A DNA stretch of 64,000 nucleotides from Polyangiales bacterium (GTDB lineage Bacteria; Myxococcota_A; Polyangia; Polyangiales; Polyangiaceae). Positions 30,334 through 39,194 of this stretch are shown here, one piece after another; the first letter of the stretch is position 1; the number at the start of each line of letters is the position of its first letter. The position numbers and the translations under genes are program-made. The DNA is taken from NCBI GenBank assembly GCA_038230375.1, contig JBBRNJ010000002.1:128001-192000 (forward strand), written 5' to 3'. The notes below the pieces were generated by a model, which saw nothing but the letters and a program-made list of their open reading frames with translations, was not told the DNA's origin and did not search any database.

Positions 30334-31674
30334 ATGGCTTACGCCGACTCGGCAGAATCAACTTCGCAGGCCTCGCAAGGTGCAGACCCAGGGCCCAAGC
30401 CCGACCTGCGCGCGCAGCGCAAGGTCAGGGTCCTCTTCATCAACGACACCGCGCGTAACGGCGGCCCCGGACGCAGCCTCTATTACATCCTCAAGTTCCT
30501 CGACACCGACGTGATCCACAGGGCCGTGGTGCTTCCGCGCGCCGGTGTGATCAGCGAGCTCTACGAGGCGGAGAAGGTCACCGAGGAGCTCTTCTTCGAG
30601 CACCATCTGGTGGAGAATCCGATCGAGCCATTTGCACGCGCGATGGAGCGCGACGATTTCGATGCGACCACCGCGCGCAAGGCGCTCCGGCTTCTCGGCA
30701 ATGTGTACAAGGGGAGCTCGGCGATCGCGCGGCTGACGCAGCTGATCAAGAACGGTCGCTACGATCTCGTCTACTGCAACGGAACGAACGCGGACTTCGC
30801 GGGCGGCGCGCTTGCGTGGACGTCGGGCATCCCCGCGCTCTGGCACGTGCGGTACACGTCGCTCCCCGGGCTCGCGCGCCCCATCCACGACAGGCTCGCG
30901 GCGAGCCCCGGCGTCGCGCGCATCGTGTGCGTGTCGAACGCGGCGGCAGGGCTCTTCCCGCACTGCATGGACAAGGTGCGTGTGATCCACAATGCGCTCG
31001 ACATCGACGAGTTCGGCGCGAAGAACGTGACCCCCGTGCTGAAGACCGAGCTCGCCTTGCCGGAGGGCACGATCGTCTTCGGAAGCCAGGGCCGCATCCT
31101 CCCGCGCAAGGGCTACGTCGAGATGGTCCGCGCTGCGGGCATCGCCATCTCGCGCATGACGGACGACGAGAAGAAGAAGGTACACTTTGCGGTCCTTGGC
31201 GACACGCCACAGGACATGCGGCCCGATCACGTGGAGGAGTGCCGCGCGCTCACACGTGAGCTGGGCATCGAGAAGAGCTTCACGTTCACCGGCTTCCGCA
31301 AGGACGTGAAGCCCTATGTCGTGGACTTCGACGTAGCGGTCGTGCCCAGCGTCTATCCTGACCCGCTGCCGCGCGCAGTCATCGAGTCCATGGCGCTCGG
31401 CAAGGCCGTCATCGCGTTCGACGTGGGCGGTGTGGCTGAGATGATGAAGGACGGCACGACCGGGACCCTGGTCCGCGGCGTCCCCCCCGACGTCGCGGGT
31501 CTCGCGGAGCAGTTCTTGAGGTACGCTCGGGACCCTGAGCTTAGAGACAGGCAGGGCAAGGCCGGGCGCAAGAGGATCGAGGAGGAGTACGACGCGAGGA
31601 GACAGGCGCGTCGCATCCAGAACGAGATCGTCCGCGCGGCAGGGCTCGAGGCACGGGCTTCAGGAGCGTCGTGA
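30334..31674 (+). CDS. GT4-family glycosyltransferase
   Basis: NGGPGRS, IHNALD, GRILPRKG, DPLPRAVIESMALG. Confidence 0.88.
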   Translation: MAYADSAESTSQASQGADPGPKPDLRAQRKVRVLFINDTARNGGPGRSLYYILKFLDTDVIHRAVVLPRAGVISELYEAEKVTEELFFEHHLVENPIEPFARAMERDDFDATTARKALRLLGNVYKGSSAIARLTQLIKNGRYDLVYCNGTNADFAGGALAWTSGIPALWHVRYTSLPGLARPIHDRLAASPGVARIVCVSNAAAGLFPHCMDKVRVIHNALDIDEFGAKNVTPVLKTELALPEGTIVFGSQGRILPRKGYVEMVRAAGIAISRMTDDEKKKVHFAVLGDTPQDMRPDHVEECRALTRELGIEKSFTFTGFRKDVKPYVVDFDVAVVPSVYPDPLPRAVIESMALGKAVIAFDVGGVAEMMKDGTTGTLVRGVPPDVAGLAEQFLRYARDPELRDRQGKAGRKRIEEEYDARRQARRIQNEIVRAAGLEARASGAS

Positions 31675-31680
31675 GAGGAC

Positions 31681-34404
31681 ATGAGCGAGCTATCGGACAA
31701 GCAGAGCTTCCTTCGAACCGTCGTCGAGAAGATCGTAGATTTTTCGTCGCGTTTTCCAGTCCTCGTGATGGTGCTTTCGCTCCTCGCGTTGTACGGCGCG
31801 AAGAGCTACACGGAGCGCCTCGAGCTGCGGACGGACTTCCGCGAGCTGCTCCCGCTCGATAGCCCGGGGCTGAAGGCGTACGAGCACCAGACCGGTCGCC
31901 TTGGCGGCGGAGCGTCGCTCATCGTTGTCGTGGAGTCGCCCGACAGGAAGGCGAACGAGAAGTTCATCGACGACCTTGGCGCCAAGCTGGACGCCGCGCA
32001 GAAGGAGCAGAAGGCGTGCCTGTCCGTGTGCAAGGCCGACGATCAGCCCTGCCGCGAGAAGTGTGGCCCGGTGCTCATCAGCTACGTGGAGGACGGCACC
32101 AAGGAGGTGCGCCAATACTACGAGGACGCGAAGTGGCTCTACGCGGACAAGCAGGATCTGATCAACGCGAACAACACGCTCGATCATCAGATCGCAATCC
32201 GATCGAAGCTCGTCTCCGATTTCGGAGAAGATGATTTCACCCCGCCCGAAGCAGAGGGCGGCGCGCCTGCGTCCGAGCCCGATGGCGGCGCTTCCGACGG
32301 TGGTTCATCCGCAACAGCGACCGTCGCCAACGGACCCGATGGTGGACCCGCGAAGGCGAACAAGGACAAGAAGCCCGCGCTCGGCATGGACGAGTACCGC
32401 GACCGGTGGAAGGCGAAGGCAAAGAAGAACGACGACTTCCCGACGGGCTACTTCGCGACGGAGGACGGCACCAACATGGGCCTCCGCATCATCTCGCCCA
32501 CGAGCGGCACGGGCGACAAGTGGGGCGACCTTCTCATGGAGAAGGTGCGCGTCATGGTCGGCACGCCCGAGGATCTCAAGAAGACCTACAACCCGAAGAT
32601 GGAGATGGGCTTCGCGGGAGACATCCCGAACGCGATCGCCGAGAAGGACTCCATCATGAGCGAGGCGCTGTTCGCGACCGTCGCCGCGCTGGTGCTCCTG
32701 CTCATCGGCATCATCGTGTTCTTCCGCTCGGGCTGGGCGCTCCCCATCGTCTTCTTGCCAGCGTTCCTGGGCGTGGGCGCGGCGTACTCGTTCGCGACGT
32801 ATCGCTACGGGTACGTCAATACGTCGGGCGCGTTCCTGGGCGCCATCATCCTTGGCAACGGCATCAACTATCCCATCGTGCTGCTCTCGCGCTATCGCGA
32901 GTTCCGCGCGCGTGGCATGACAGCGGACGTCGCGCGGCGCGGGGCGGTGTGGAACGCGTTCCGCGCAGAGCTCGTCGGCGCGGCGGTGGCCAGCATCGCG
33001 TACGGCTCGCTCACCACCACGGATTTTCGCGGCTTCAGCCAGTTCGGCATGATCGGCTTCTGCGGCATGCTGCTGGTGTGGGCGGCCATCATCCCCGTCG
33101 TCCCGGCGATGATCGTCATCGTGGAGTGGGCGCAGCGGAAGATCGGCTACACCCCGAAGTACGGTATCGACGAAGACGGCAGCAAGGGCCCGATCATGAA
33201 GTGGGTCGCGCGCTTCACGGAGCGCTCGCCCACCCCGATCCTCCTTGTGGCAGCGCTCATCACGATCGGCACGGCGTACAAGCTCCCCGGCTACCTGAAG
33301 GATCCGTGGGAGTACAACTTTGATCACCTTGGCTCGCGTGGCTCCAAGTCGCACGGCGGCGTGGGCGAGTGGTCGAACAAGGCCGAGAAGGTCTTCGGCG
33401 GCAAGATGAACATCGCCGGCGCACGCATGTTCGCCGACTCGCCGGAGCAGGTCCCGCTCATCAAGGCGAAGATGTTCGAGAACGACAAGACGATGAACGC
33501 GGACGACCCGCTCATCAACGACATCGCCACCATCACCGACCTCTTGCCCGCGACCGACAAGGAGCAAGAGGAGAAGCTCGCGATCCTGGACGAGATCCGC
33601 GATCGCATCACGCCGCGCGTGCTCTTCGACATGCCAGAGGACGAGCGCGCGCGCCTGCTCGAGATCAAGCCGCCGGAGACGCTCCACGTCCTTCGCGCGC
33701 AGGATTTGCCGTCCCTGCTCCGCCGCCGCTTCGAGGAGAAGGACGGGCGGGTGGGCACCGTCTTCTATGTGAAGTTCAACAACTTCAGCTTCGCAAATGG
33801 CCACAACCTGCTGAAGGTCGCCGCGACCACGGACAACATCACGCTGCCGGACGGCACCGTCGTGCAGACCGCGAGCCGCTCCACCATCTTCGCGGAGATG
33901 ATCCGGAGCATGGAGAAGGACGGCCCGCGCGCCACGGGGCTCGCGTTCCTGGCCGTCATGGTGGTCGTGATCATCGCAACGGCGAGCCGCCGCGGCAGTG
34001 TCTCCGTGCTGCTCGCGCTGATCATCGGCGTCACGTGGACCGTGGGCGGCGCCGCGCATGCCGACATGAAGCTCAACTTCTTGAACTTCATCGCGCTGCC
34101 GATCACCTTCGGAATCGGCTGCGAATATCCATTCAACGTGTTCGATCGCACGCGGCTCCTCGGCGGCGACGTCTCGCTCGCGATCCGACGCACGGGCGGC
34201 GCCGTCGCGCTCTGCAGCTACACGACCACCGTCGGATACGGCTCCATGCTCTTCTCCGACCAGCAGGCGTTGCAGTCATTCGGACGTCTGGCGATGAGTG
34301 GCGAGATCGCCTGCCTGATCACGGCGCTCTTCGTGCTGCCCGCGGTGCTGCACGTGTGGAAGATGAAGCCTGAGACGACACCAGTCGAGTCGCCGAAGGC
34401 CTGA
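31681..34404 (+). CDS. MMPL/RND-family lipid exporter
   Basis: Two TM bundles separated by large extracytoplasmic domains; ILGNGINYPI, FGIGCEY, FSQFG/LQSFG motifs. Confidence 0.85.
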   Translation: MSELSDKQSFLRTVVEKIVDFSSRFPVLVMVLSLLALYGAKSYTERLELRTDFRELLPLDSPGLKAYEHQTGRLGGGASLIVVVESPDRKANEKFIDDLGAKLDAAQKEQKACLSVCKADDQPCREKCGPVLISYVEDGTKEVRQYYEDAKWLYADKQDLINANNTLDHQIAIRSKLVSDFGEDDFTPPEAEGGAPASEPDGGASDGGSSATATVANGPDGGPAKANKDKKPALGMDEYRDRWKAKAKKNDDFPTGYFATEDGTNMGLRIISPTSGTGDKWGDLLMEKVRVMVGTPEDLKKTYNPKMEMGFAGDIPNAIAEKDSIMSEALFATVAALVLLLIGIIVFFRSGWALPIVFLPAFLGVGAAYSFATYRYGYVNTSGAFLGAIILGNGINYPIVLLSRYREFRARGMTADVARRGAVWNAFRAELVGAAVASIAYGSLTTTDFRGFSQFGMIGFCGMLLVWAAIIPVVPAMIVIVEWAQRKIGYTPKYGIDEDGSKGPIMKWVARFTERSPTPILLVAALITIGTAYKLPGYLKDPWEYNFDHLGSRGSKSHGGVGEWSNKAEKVFGGKMNIAGARMFADSPEQVPLIKAKMFENDKTMNADDPLINDIATITDLLPATDKEQEEKLAILDEIRDRITPRVLFDMPEDERARLLEIKPPETLHVLRAQDLPSLLRRRFEEKDGRVGTVFYVKFNNFSFANGHNLLKVAATTDNITLPDGTVVQTASRSTIFAEMIRSMEKDGPRATGLAFLAVMVVVIIATASRRGSVSVLLALIIGVTWTVGGAAHADMKLNFLNFIALPITFGIGCEYPFNVFDRTRLLGGDVSLAIRRTGGAVALCSYTTTVGYGSMLFSDQQALQSFGRLAMSGEIACLITALFVLPAVLHVWKMKPETTPVESPKA

Positions 34405-34411
34405 CCGCCCG

Positions 34412-35155
34412 ATGGGGCCCACCACGCCGCTTCCCGAGTCCGTCCTCACGGAGAGCGCGACGGACGTCGACGCAGAGGAGGCCGGCGAGATCGAGCTCGA
34501 GGCAAACCTGGCGACGATCGGCGCCCAGCGTGGCGGCGCGCGCGCGTTGCTCTCCAGCGTCGAAGTGGAGTGGCGTGCGCTCAGAAACCTTGGCGTGCGC
34601 CTGGAGCCGTCGTACGAGCGTGGCCGCGCGGATGCCGCTTCGCGGACGCGTGATGAATTCGGCTTCGCGGGTGCGGTCGCCGTCGGCCTCTTTCACGATT
34701 ACGCGCGCGATGCGCACCTGCAGCTGGAGCTGCTTGGTCGCGTACCGTCCGAATCACATGGCTTCGCTCCAGACGAAACTGTGCTGCCCGCAGCGGCCGA
34801 CCTGGTCTCTGCCGTGAGGCGCGGGCGGTTCACATTTCGCGGCACGGTGGGCGCGGAGGCGTTCGGCGCGTTCGCCCACGCGCCCATGCATGTGGACTTT
34901 GCGGTCCTCACCGGAATCCGCCGTGACGCGCGGTTCGGCTTTGTCGGGTTGGAGGCGCGCACCGACCTTGCGCGCGCAAACCCGTTCGTGCTTGCGCCGG
35001 AGGTCGTCGCCGACGCAAGCTCCCTGGGCATTCCGCTGCGACTTGGCGTGGCGCTTCCGGTCAACATCGGCGCCGACGCCACGTCGCAGAGCTATGGCCT
35101 CTTCGCGCGTCTGATCTTGCTCACGGACCGCGAGGCGCGCGCGGAGCGAGAGTGA
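34412..35155 (+). CDS. hypothetical protein, possibly beta-barrel-like
   Basis: Alternating amphipathic strands; 7 bp after the MMPL gene; no clear signal peptide at this start. Confidence 0.55.
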   Translation: MGPTTPLPESVLTESATDVDAEEAGEIELEANLATIGAQRGGARALLSSVEVEWRALRNLGVRLEPSYERGRADAASRTRDEFGFAGAVAVGLFHDYARDAHLQLELLGRVPSESHGFAPDETVLPAAADLVSAVRRGRFTFRGTVGAEAFGAFAHAPMHVDFAVLTGIRRDARFGFVGLEARTDLARANPFVLAPEVVADASSLGIPLRLGVALPVNIGADATSQSYGLFARLILLTDREARAERE

Positions 35156-35169
35156 ACGCCCGATCGTGA

Positions 35170-35922
35170 CTAGGCGGCGCGCGATGAGAAGAGGCCGCGC
35201 GACGACTCGGTGAAGTCGCCGTGGCCCCATGCAAGGAGGGACTCCACTTCGTGGCGCAGGAGCGCGAAGCGCATGTCCGCGGGATGGATCGCGATGCGCG
35301 CGGGCAGGGCGAGGCGCGCGTATTTCGCGATGCGACACCACGCGACGCTCGAGAACAGACGGCCCGGCGTGCGGCTCGCGTAGTTGAGGACGACGCTGGT
35401 CTGACGCGTGCCCTCCGCGGGGTTGTACGCGTAGAGGTGATCTTCGCAGAACGTGTAGCCGCGCCGCCCGAGCTTCGGCAGGAGCCACGGGGGCATCGAC
35501 CATGCGGGAGGAATGAAGCCCGTGGGTGTGAGGCCCGCGGTCGCGAGGATCGCCTCGCCCTCGTCCAGGCGGAGGTCCGCTTCGTCTTCCGTGACGTCCG
35601 AGAACTCCGCCTCGCCGCCGGAGACGACCTTCTGCGCATAGTGCCAGCGAAGCCCGCGCGGCCGTCCTTGTCCGGACACCTCTGCGTCCGCGGGTCGCGA
35701 CTTGTGGAAGAGGCCGTGGAGGATCATCTCGTGGCCGTCGTCCTGGAGCGCGCGGAGCTTCCGCGCGTACGTGGGCGCTGCGTTCAGCGGCGCCTTTCCG
35801 TGGAAGTTCGGGACGACGAGCAGCGCGGGCTTCACGCCCACGGCGTGGCACATCTCGAGGGCGACATCGACCTCGCGCTCCCAGAGGGGAGAGACGTCGT
35901 GGATGGAGACGTGGACGGCCAT
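35170..35922 (-). CDS. DUF2334-type polysaccharide deacetylase-family protein
   Basis: VSIHDVSP, LVVP, LHGLFH, GEAEF, GFIPPAW, RIAIHPAD. Confidence 0.82.
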   Translation of the reverse strand: MAVHVSIHDVSPLWEREVDVALEMCHAVGVKPALLVVPNFHGKAPLNAAPTYARKLRALQDDGHEMILHGLFHKSRPADAEVSGQGRPRGLRWHYAQKVVSGGEAEFSDVTEDEADLRLDEGEAILATAGLTPTGFIPPAWSMPPWLLPKLGRRGYTFCEDHLYAYNPAEGTRQTSVVLNYASRTPGRLFSSVAWCRIAKYARLALPARIAIHPADMRFALLRHEVESLLAWGHGDFTESSRGLFSSRAA

Positions 35923-35935
35923 GAGCCTGCGTATC

Positions 35936-36343
35936 CTACTTCTTGAACGTGTCGCGCAACAGCTCCACCAGCTGCGCGAAGAAGGACGGCACCTGACTGG
36001 GCAGCGGTTCCGTGTATCCTGCAATCATCTTTGCAGCCGCCTCTGTGGCGAAGAAGCCCGCGCAGCCGGTGCAACGGAAGACCATGGAGCCCGTTCCTAG
36101 CAGCTCCTCACCCTCGAAGCCGCCGCCGCACTTCGGGCAGTGTCCCGACAGGCGCTGCACCGGGTTGGGTGTGCGCGCGCTCGGTGCCCAGCCGGCCAGC
36201 GCAAGGTGTGGCTCTCCGTCGAACCAGTCGAGATAGACACCGCCACACTGCTGGCAGACGTCGATCAGCGCCTCGGCGGTGCTGCGCTCCTCCATCGGGG
36301 CATTGCAGCTGGGGCAGAAGAGGGCGTTGTCGCGGTAGCTCAC
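35936..36343 (-). CDS. tandem zf-TFIIB-like zinc-ribbon protein
   Basis: CPSC...IDVCQQCGGVYLD..E and CPKC...CTGC; GTG start at 36343. Confidence 0.75.
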   Translation of the reverse strand: MSYRDNALFCPSCNAPMEERSTAEALIDVCQQCGGVYLDWFDGEPHLALAGWAPSARTPNPVQRLSGHCPKCGGGFEGEELLGTGSMVFRCTGCAGFFATEAAAKMIAGYTEPLPSQVPSFFAQLVELLRDTFKK

Positions 36344-36356
36344 GGCGGCCAGCCTA

Positions 36357-37589
36357 TCACCGGTCCTGCCGGTTCTTGAGGAGCTCCTCGTAGAGCGCGA
36401 GCCTCGCCTCGAACTCGCCACGCACGGTGGGGATCGTCCGTGCGCGTTCGAGCGCCCCGTGGCGGAGCTCCTCGCGATCGCGCGACAGCACGCGCTCCAT
36501 CGCGCTCGCCAGCGCGTCTGCGTCGCCCGTGGTGTAGTGACTGCCGCAGCCGTCCTCGATGAGCTCCGCGGCGCCGCCTTGATCGGGCACGACGGCCGGG
36601 AGCCCCGCGCAGAGCGCCTCGGACACGCCAATGCCGAACGTCTCGTACGGGCAGCCATGGACCAGGAGGTCCGCGCTCGCGAGCGCCGACGCGAGGATCG
36701 CCCGATCCTTCTCGAAGCCGAGGATCGCGATGTCACGCCGCCCCGCCGCGATCGCCTCGAGCTTCGCGCGCTCTGGGCCATCGCCGAACAGCACGAGCTT
36801 GGCGGTCGCCACGGATGAGCCCATCCGCTCCGTGAACCGCTTCATGCCGGCGAGCACGACATCCCACCGCTTCTCGATCGCGAACCGCCCGACGCCAACG
36901 ATCAGCGTATCAAACCCGTCCCCGGGACCGAGCAGCTGATGCTTGCGGCCCTCCGACCCAGCCTCGGGTTTGAAGACGTCCTTGTCCACCCCGAACGGGA
37001 GCAGCCGCACGCGGGCCACCCCATGTCGGGAAAGCTTCTCCTGTTGCCAACGCGACGCCGTGAGGACGGCATCGCAGCCACGCCCGATGCGCCGCACCCA
37101 GGCCCAGAGCGGGGCCTTGGCGATCTCCGCAGCGGCCAGCAGGGCGCGGGGCGCACCCTGGTCACCGAGGGTCCCTGCGTACGTGTCGATGAAGTCCGAG
37201 TGCCACTGCATGGTCCGGATGCCAAAGGACGATCTGGGGCAGGCAAGGGCACCTACTGCGGCGGCGTAAGGCGAATGAATCTCCAGCACATCGGGGTGGA
37301 GCTCCCGTACTTGCTTCACGATTTTGTCCACCCGGTAGAGCAGGTGATAGCTGGGATCGTAGGGCATGGCCGGACCCTTGATCCGGACCACGCGTGCACG
37401 CCCACCGGGGTGTGCTACACGCGGCCCCACCTGCTTCCCGCCGGTGTCTTCAGTCCCATCATGGCCCCCCGGAGCGAGCACCACGTGCTCGTTTCCCAGC
37501 TGGCACAAAAAGTGTCCTTTGAGTGTGAGATGGCTTCGAACCCCGCCACCCCTTTCGGAATAGAATTCGGTCACGTCGACCAGCTTCAC
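36357..37589 (-). CDS. GT4-family glycosyltransferase
   Basis: KLVDVTEFYSERGGGV, PFGVD, GRFAIEK, ETFGIGVSEALCAG. Confidence 0.88.
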   Translation of the reverse strand: MKLVDVTEFYSERGGGVRSHLTLKGHFLCQLGNEHVVLAPGGHDGTEDTGGKQVGPRVAHPGGRARVVRIKGPAMPYDPSYHLLYRVDKIVKQVRELHPDVLEIHSPYAAAVGALACPRSSFGIRTMQWHSDFIDTYAGTLGDQGAPRALLAAAEIAKAPLWAWVRRIGRGCDAVLTASRWQQEKLSRHGVARVRLLPFGVDKDVFKPEAGSEGRKHQLLGPGDGFDTLIVGVGRFAIEKRWDVVLAGMKRFTERMGSSVATAKLVLFGDGPERAKLEAIAAGRRDIAILGFEKDRAILASALASADLLVHGCPYETFGIGVSEALCAGLPAVVPDQGGAAELIEDGCGSHYTTGDADALASAMERVLSRDREELRHGALERARTIPTVRGEFEARLALYEELLKNRQDR

Positions 37590-37688
37590 GCCCGCGCTCC
37601 CGGTGCAGGAAGCCTCGGCCGTGCCGCCAATGATCTCGCGCAAGAGGCACCCGCCGAAGCGCCCAGGTCCGCGTTTTCAGGGAAGAAT

Positions 37689-39167
37689 GTGCCGCATGGC
37701 CATCCCGCGCTGGACCCGGCGACCAGCCCCTTCGCGGCCCTCGCGGCCCGCCACGGCCGGCCCCTTCGTGTGGCGTTGCTCAGCGACTTCACTCGGATCC
37801 CCTACGCGAACGGTGCAGCATTCCAGACACGCTTTCTGTATCAAGAATTGCGTCGGTGTGGTCACGAAGTCACAGTCATCGGACCCCATGATCCGACTGC
37901 CACACCCGATGAGCTCGCGCCCGGTACGGTAGAGCTTCCGAGCATCCCGATTCGAGCCTACCCCGGCGTGAACGTCCCCATGCCGCTGGCCGCCTGGGTC
38001 TTCGACCCGGACCGCTGGCACTTCGATATCTGCTTCGCGCAGACCACCTCGCTCCTCATGGAGTTCGGCGTGTGGCTCCGCCAGATGAAGGGCATCCCGC
38101 TCATCTGCGTCAACACCACGCACCTTGCGGCCACCTACGACGTGCTCCTCCCCGAGAAGCTGTCAAAGGTCGAGGCCGTGCACGTCGGGATGAACTTCGC
38201 GTTCCGTCGCCCGTTCGAGCGCCTCTTCGCGTCGATCTACAACAACAGCGATGGGCTCGTCGTGCTCTCCGAGGGGCTCCGCACATACTGGCGTGAGCGC
38301 GGCGTCACGGCGCCCATTCATGTCATCCCGCGCTCGGTGCAGCCGGCATTGTTCGATCGCCCGCTGGGCGAGGATCCGTACACGCACCTCTCCGCGGGGT
38401 CCGAGGCATGGCGCGGCGCGCGTCTCGTCTGCGCAGGTCGACTCACGCGCGAGAAGGCGCAGCACCGCCTGATCCGCCTCTTCGCGCGGCACATCGCGCC
38501 GTTCGATCGGCACGCCACGCTCACGTTCGTCGGCGACGGGCCCGACCTTGACTACTACAAGCGTGTCGCCAAGGAAGAGCGCGTCGACTCGCGCGTCTAC
38601 TTCGTCGGTGAGGTCCCCTTCACCGCGATGGCGGACTACTACGCCTACGCCGACCTGTTCGTGCACACGTCTCTCAGCGAGACGTACGGCAACGTGATGG
38701 GCGAGGCGCTCTGGTGCGGTACTCCCACGGTTGCCTTCGCCGACGGCATGGGCGTGACCTCGCAGATCAAGGATGGAGTGAACGGCGTCCTGCTCTCACC
38801 CGGCTCCGACAACGAGTCCGAGCGTGAGGCGGACGGCGCGTTTGGTCGCGCGGTGCTGAACCTGCTCGATTCCCCGCAGGAGCGCGCGCGCATCGGTCGT
38901 GCGGCGTCGAAGATCGCGCGCGAGCGGTGCAGCCCTGGTGCGGTGCAGGAGAAGATCGCCTCGGCGTTCCAGGCCGCGCAGGACCACGCAAAGGCAACGC
39001 AGCTTCGCCCCGCGGCGGACGGCCCCAAGGCCATGCAGTGGCTGACCACGTTCAAGCGCTTCCGCTCGTGGGCGACCTTCAACGGCTGGGTCGTGGTCGC
39101 AGGCCAGATGCGCAGCGGCAGATCCGTCACGAAGGAAAAAGGCCTCCAGCCTCAAATCGCGAAGTAG
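37689..39167 (+). CDS. GT4-family glycosyltransferase (glycolipid synthase-like)
   Basis: RVALLSD...ANG, GHEVTVIGP, GRLTREK, ETYGNVMGEALWCG; start uncertain within ORF 36939..39167. Confidence 0.85.
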   Translation: MPHGHPALDPATSPFAALAARHGRPLRVALLSDFTRIPYANGAAFQTRFLYQELRRCGHEVTVIGPHDPTATPDELAPGTVELPSIPIRAYPGVNVPMPLAAWVFDPDRWHFDICFAQTTSLLMEFGVWLRQMKGIPLICVNTTHLAATYDVLLPEKLSKVEAVHVGMNFAFRRPFERLFASIYNNSDGLVVLSEGLRTYWRERGVTAPIHVIPRSVQPALFDRPLGEDPYTHLSAGSEAWRGARLVCAGRLTREKAQHRLIRLFARHIAPFDRHATLTFVGDGPDLDYYKRVAKEERVDSRVYFVGEVPFTAMADYYAYADLFVHTSLSETYGNVMGEALWCGTPTVAFADGMGVTSQIKDGVNGVLLSPGSDNESEREADGAFGRAVLNLLDSPQERARIGRAASKIARERCSPGAVQEKIASAFQAAQDHAKATQLRPAADGPKAMQWLTTFKRFRSWATFNGWVVVAGQMRSGRSVTKEKGLQPQIAK

Positions 39168-39194
39168 GGACGGAAACCCCGATATACTCGCCGG

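Noticed and set aside
36939..37688. Long N-terminal extension on the plus-strand GT4
   Set aside because: It overlaps the minus-strand GT4 antisense and has no protein-like features
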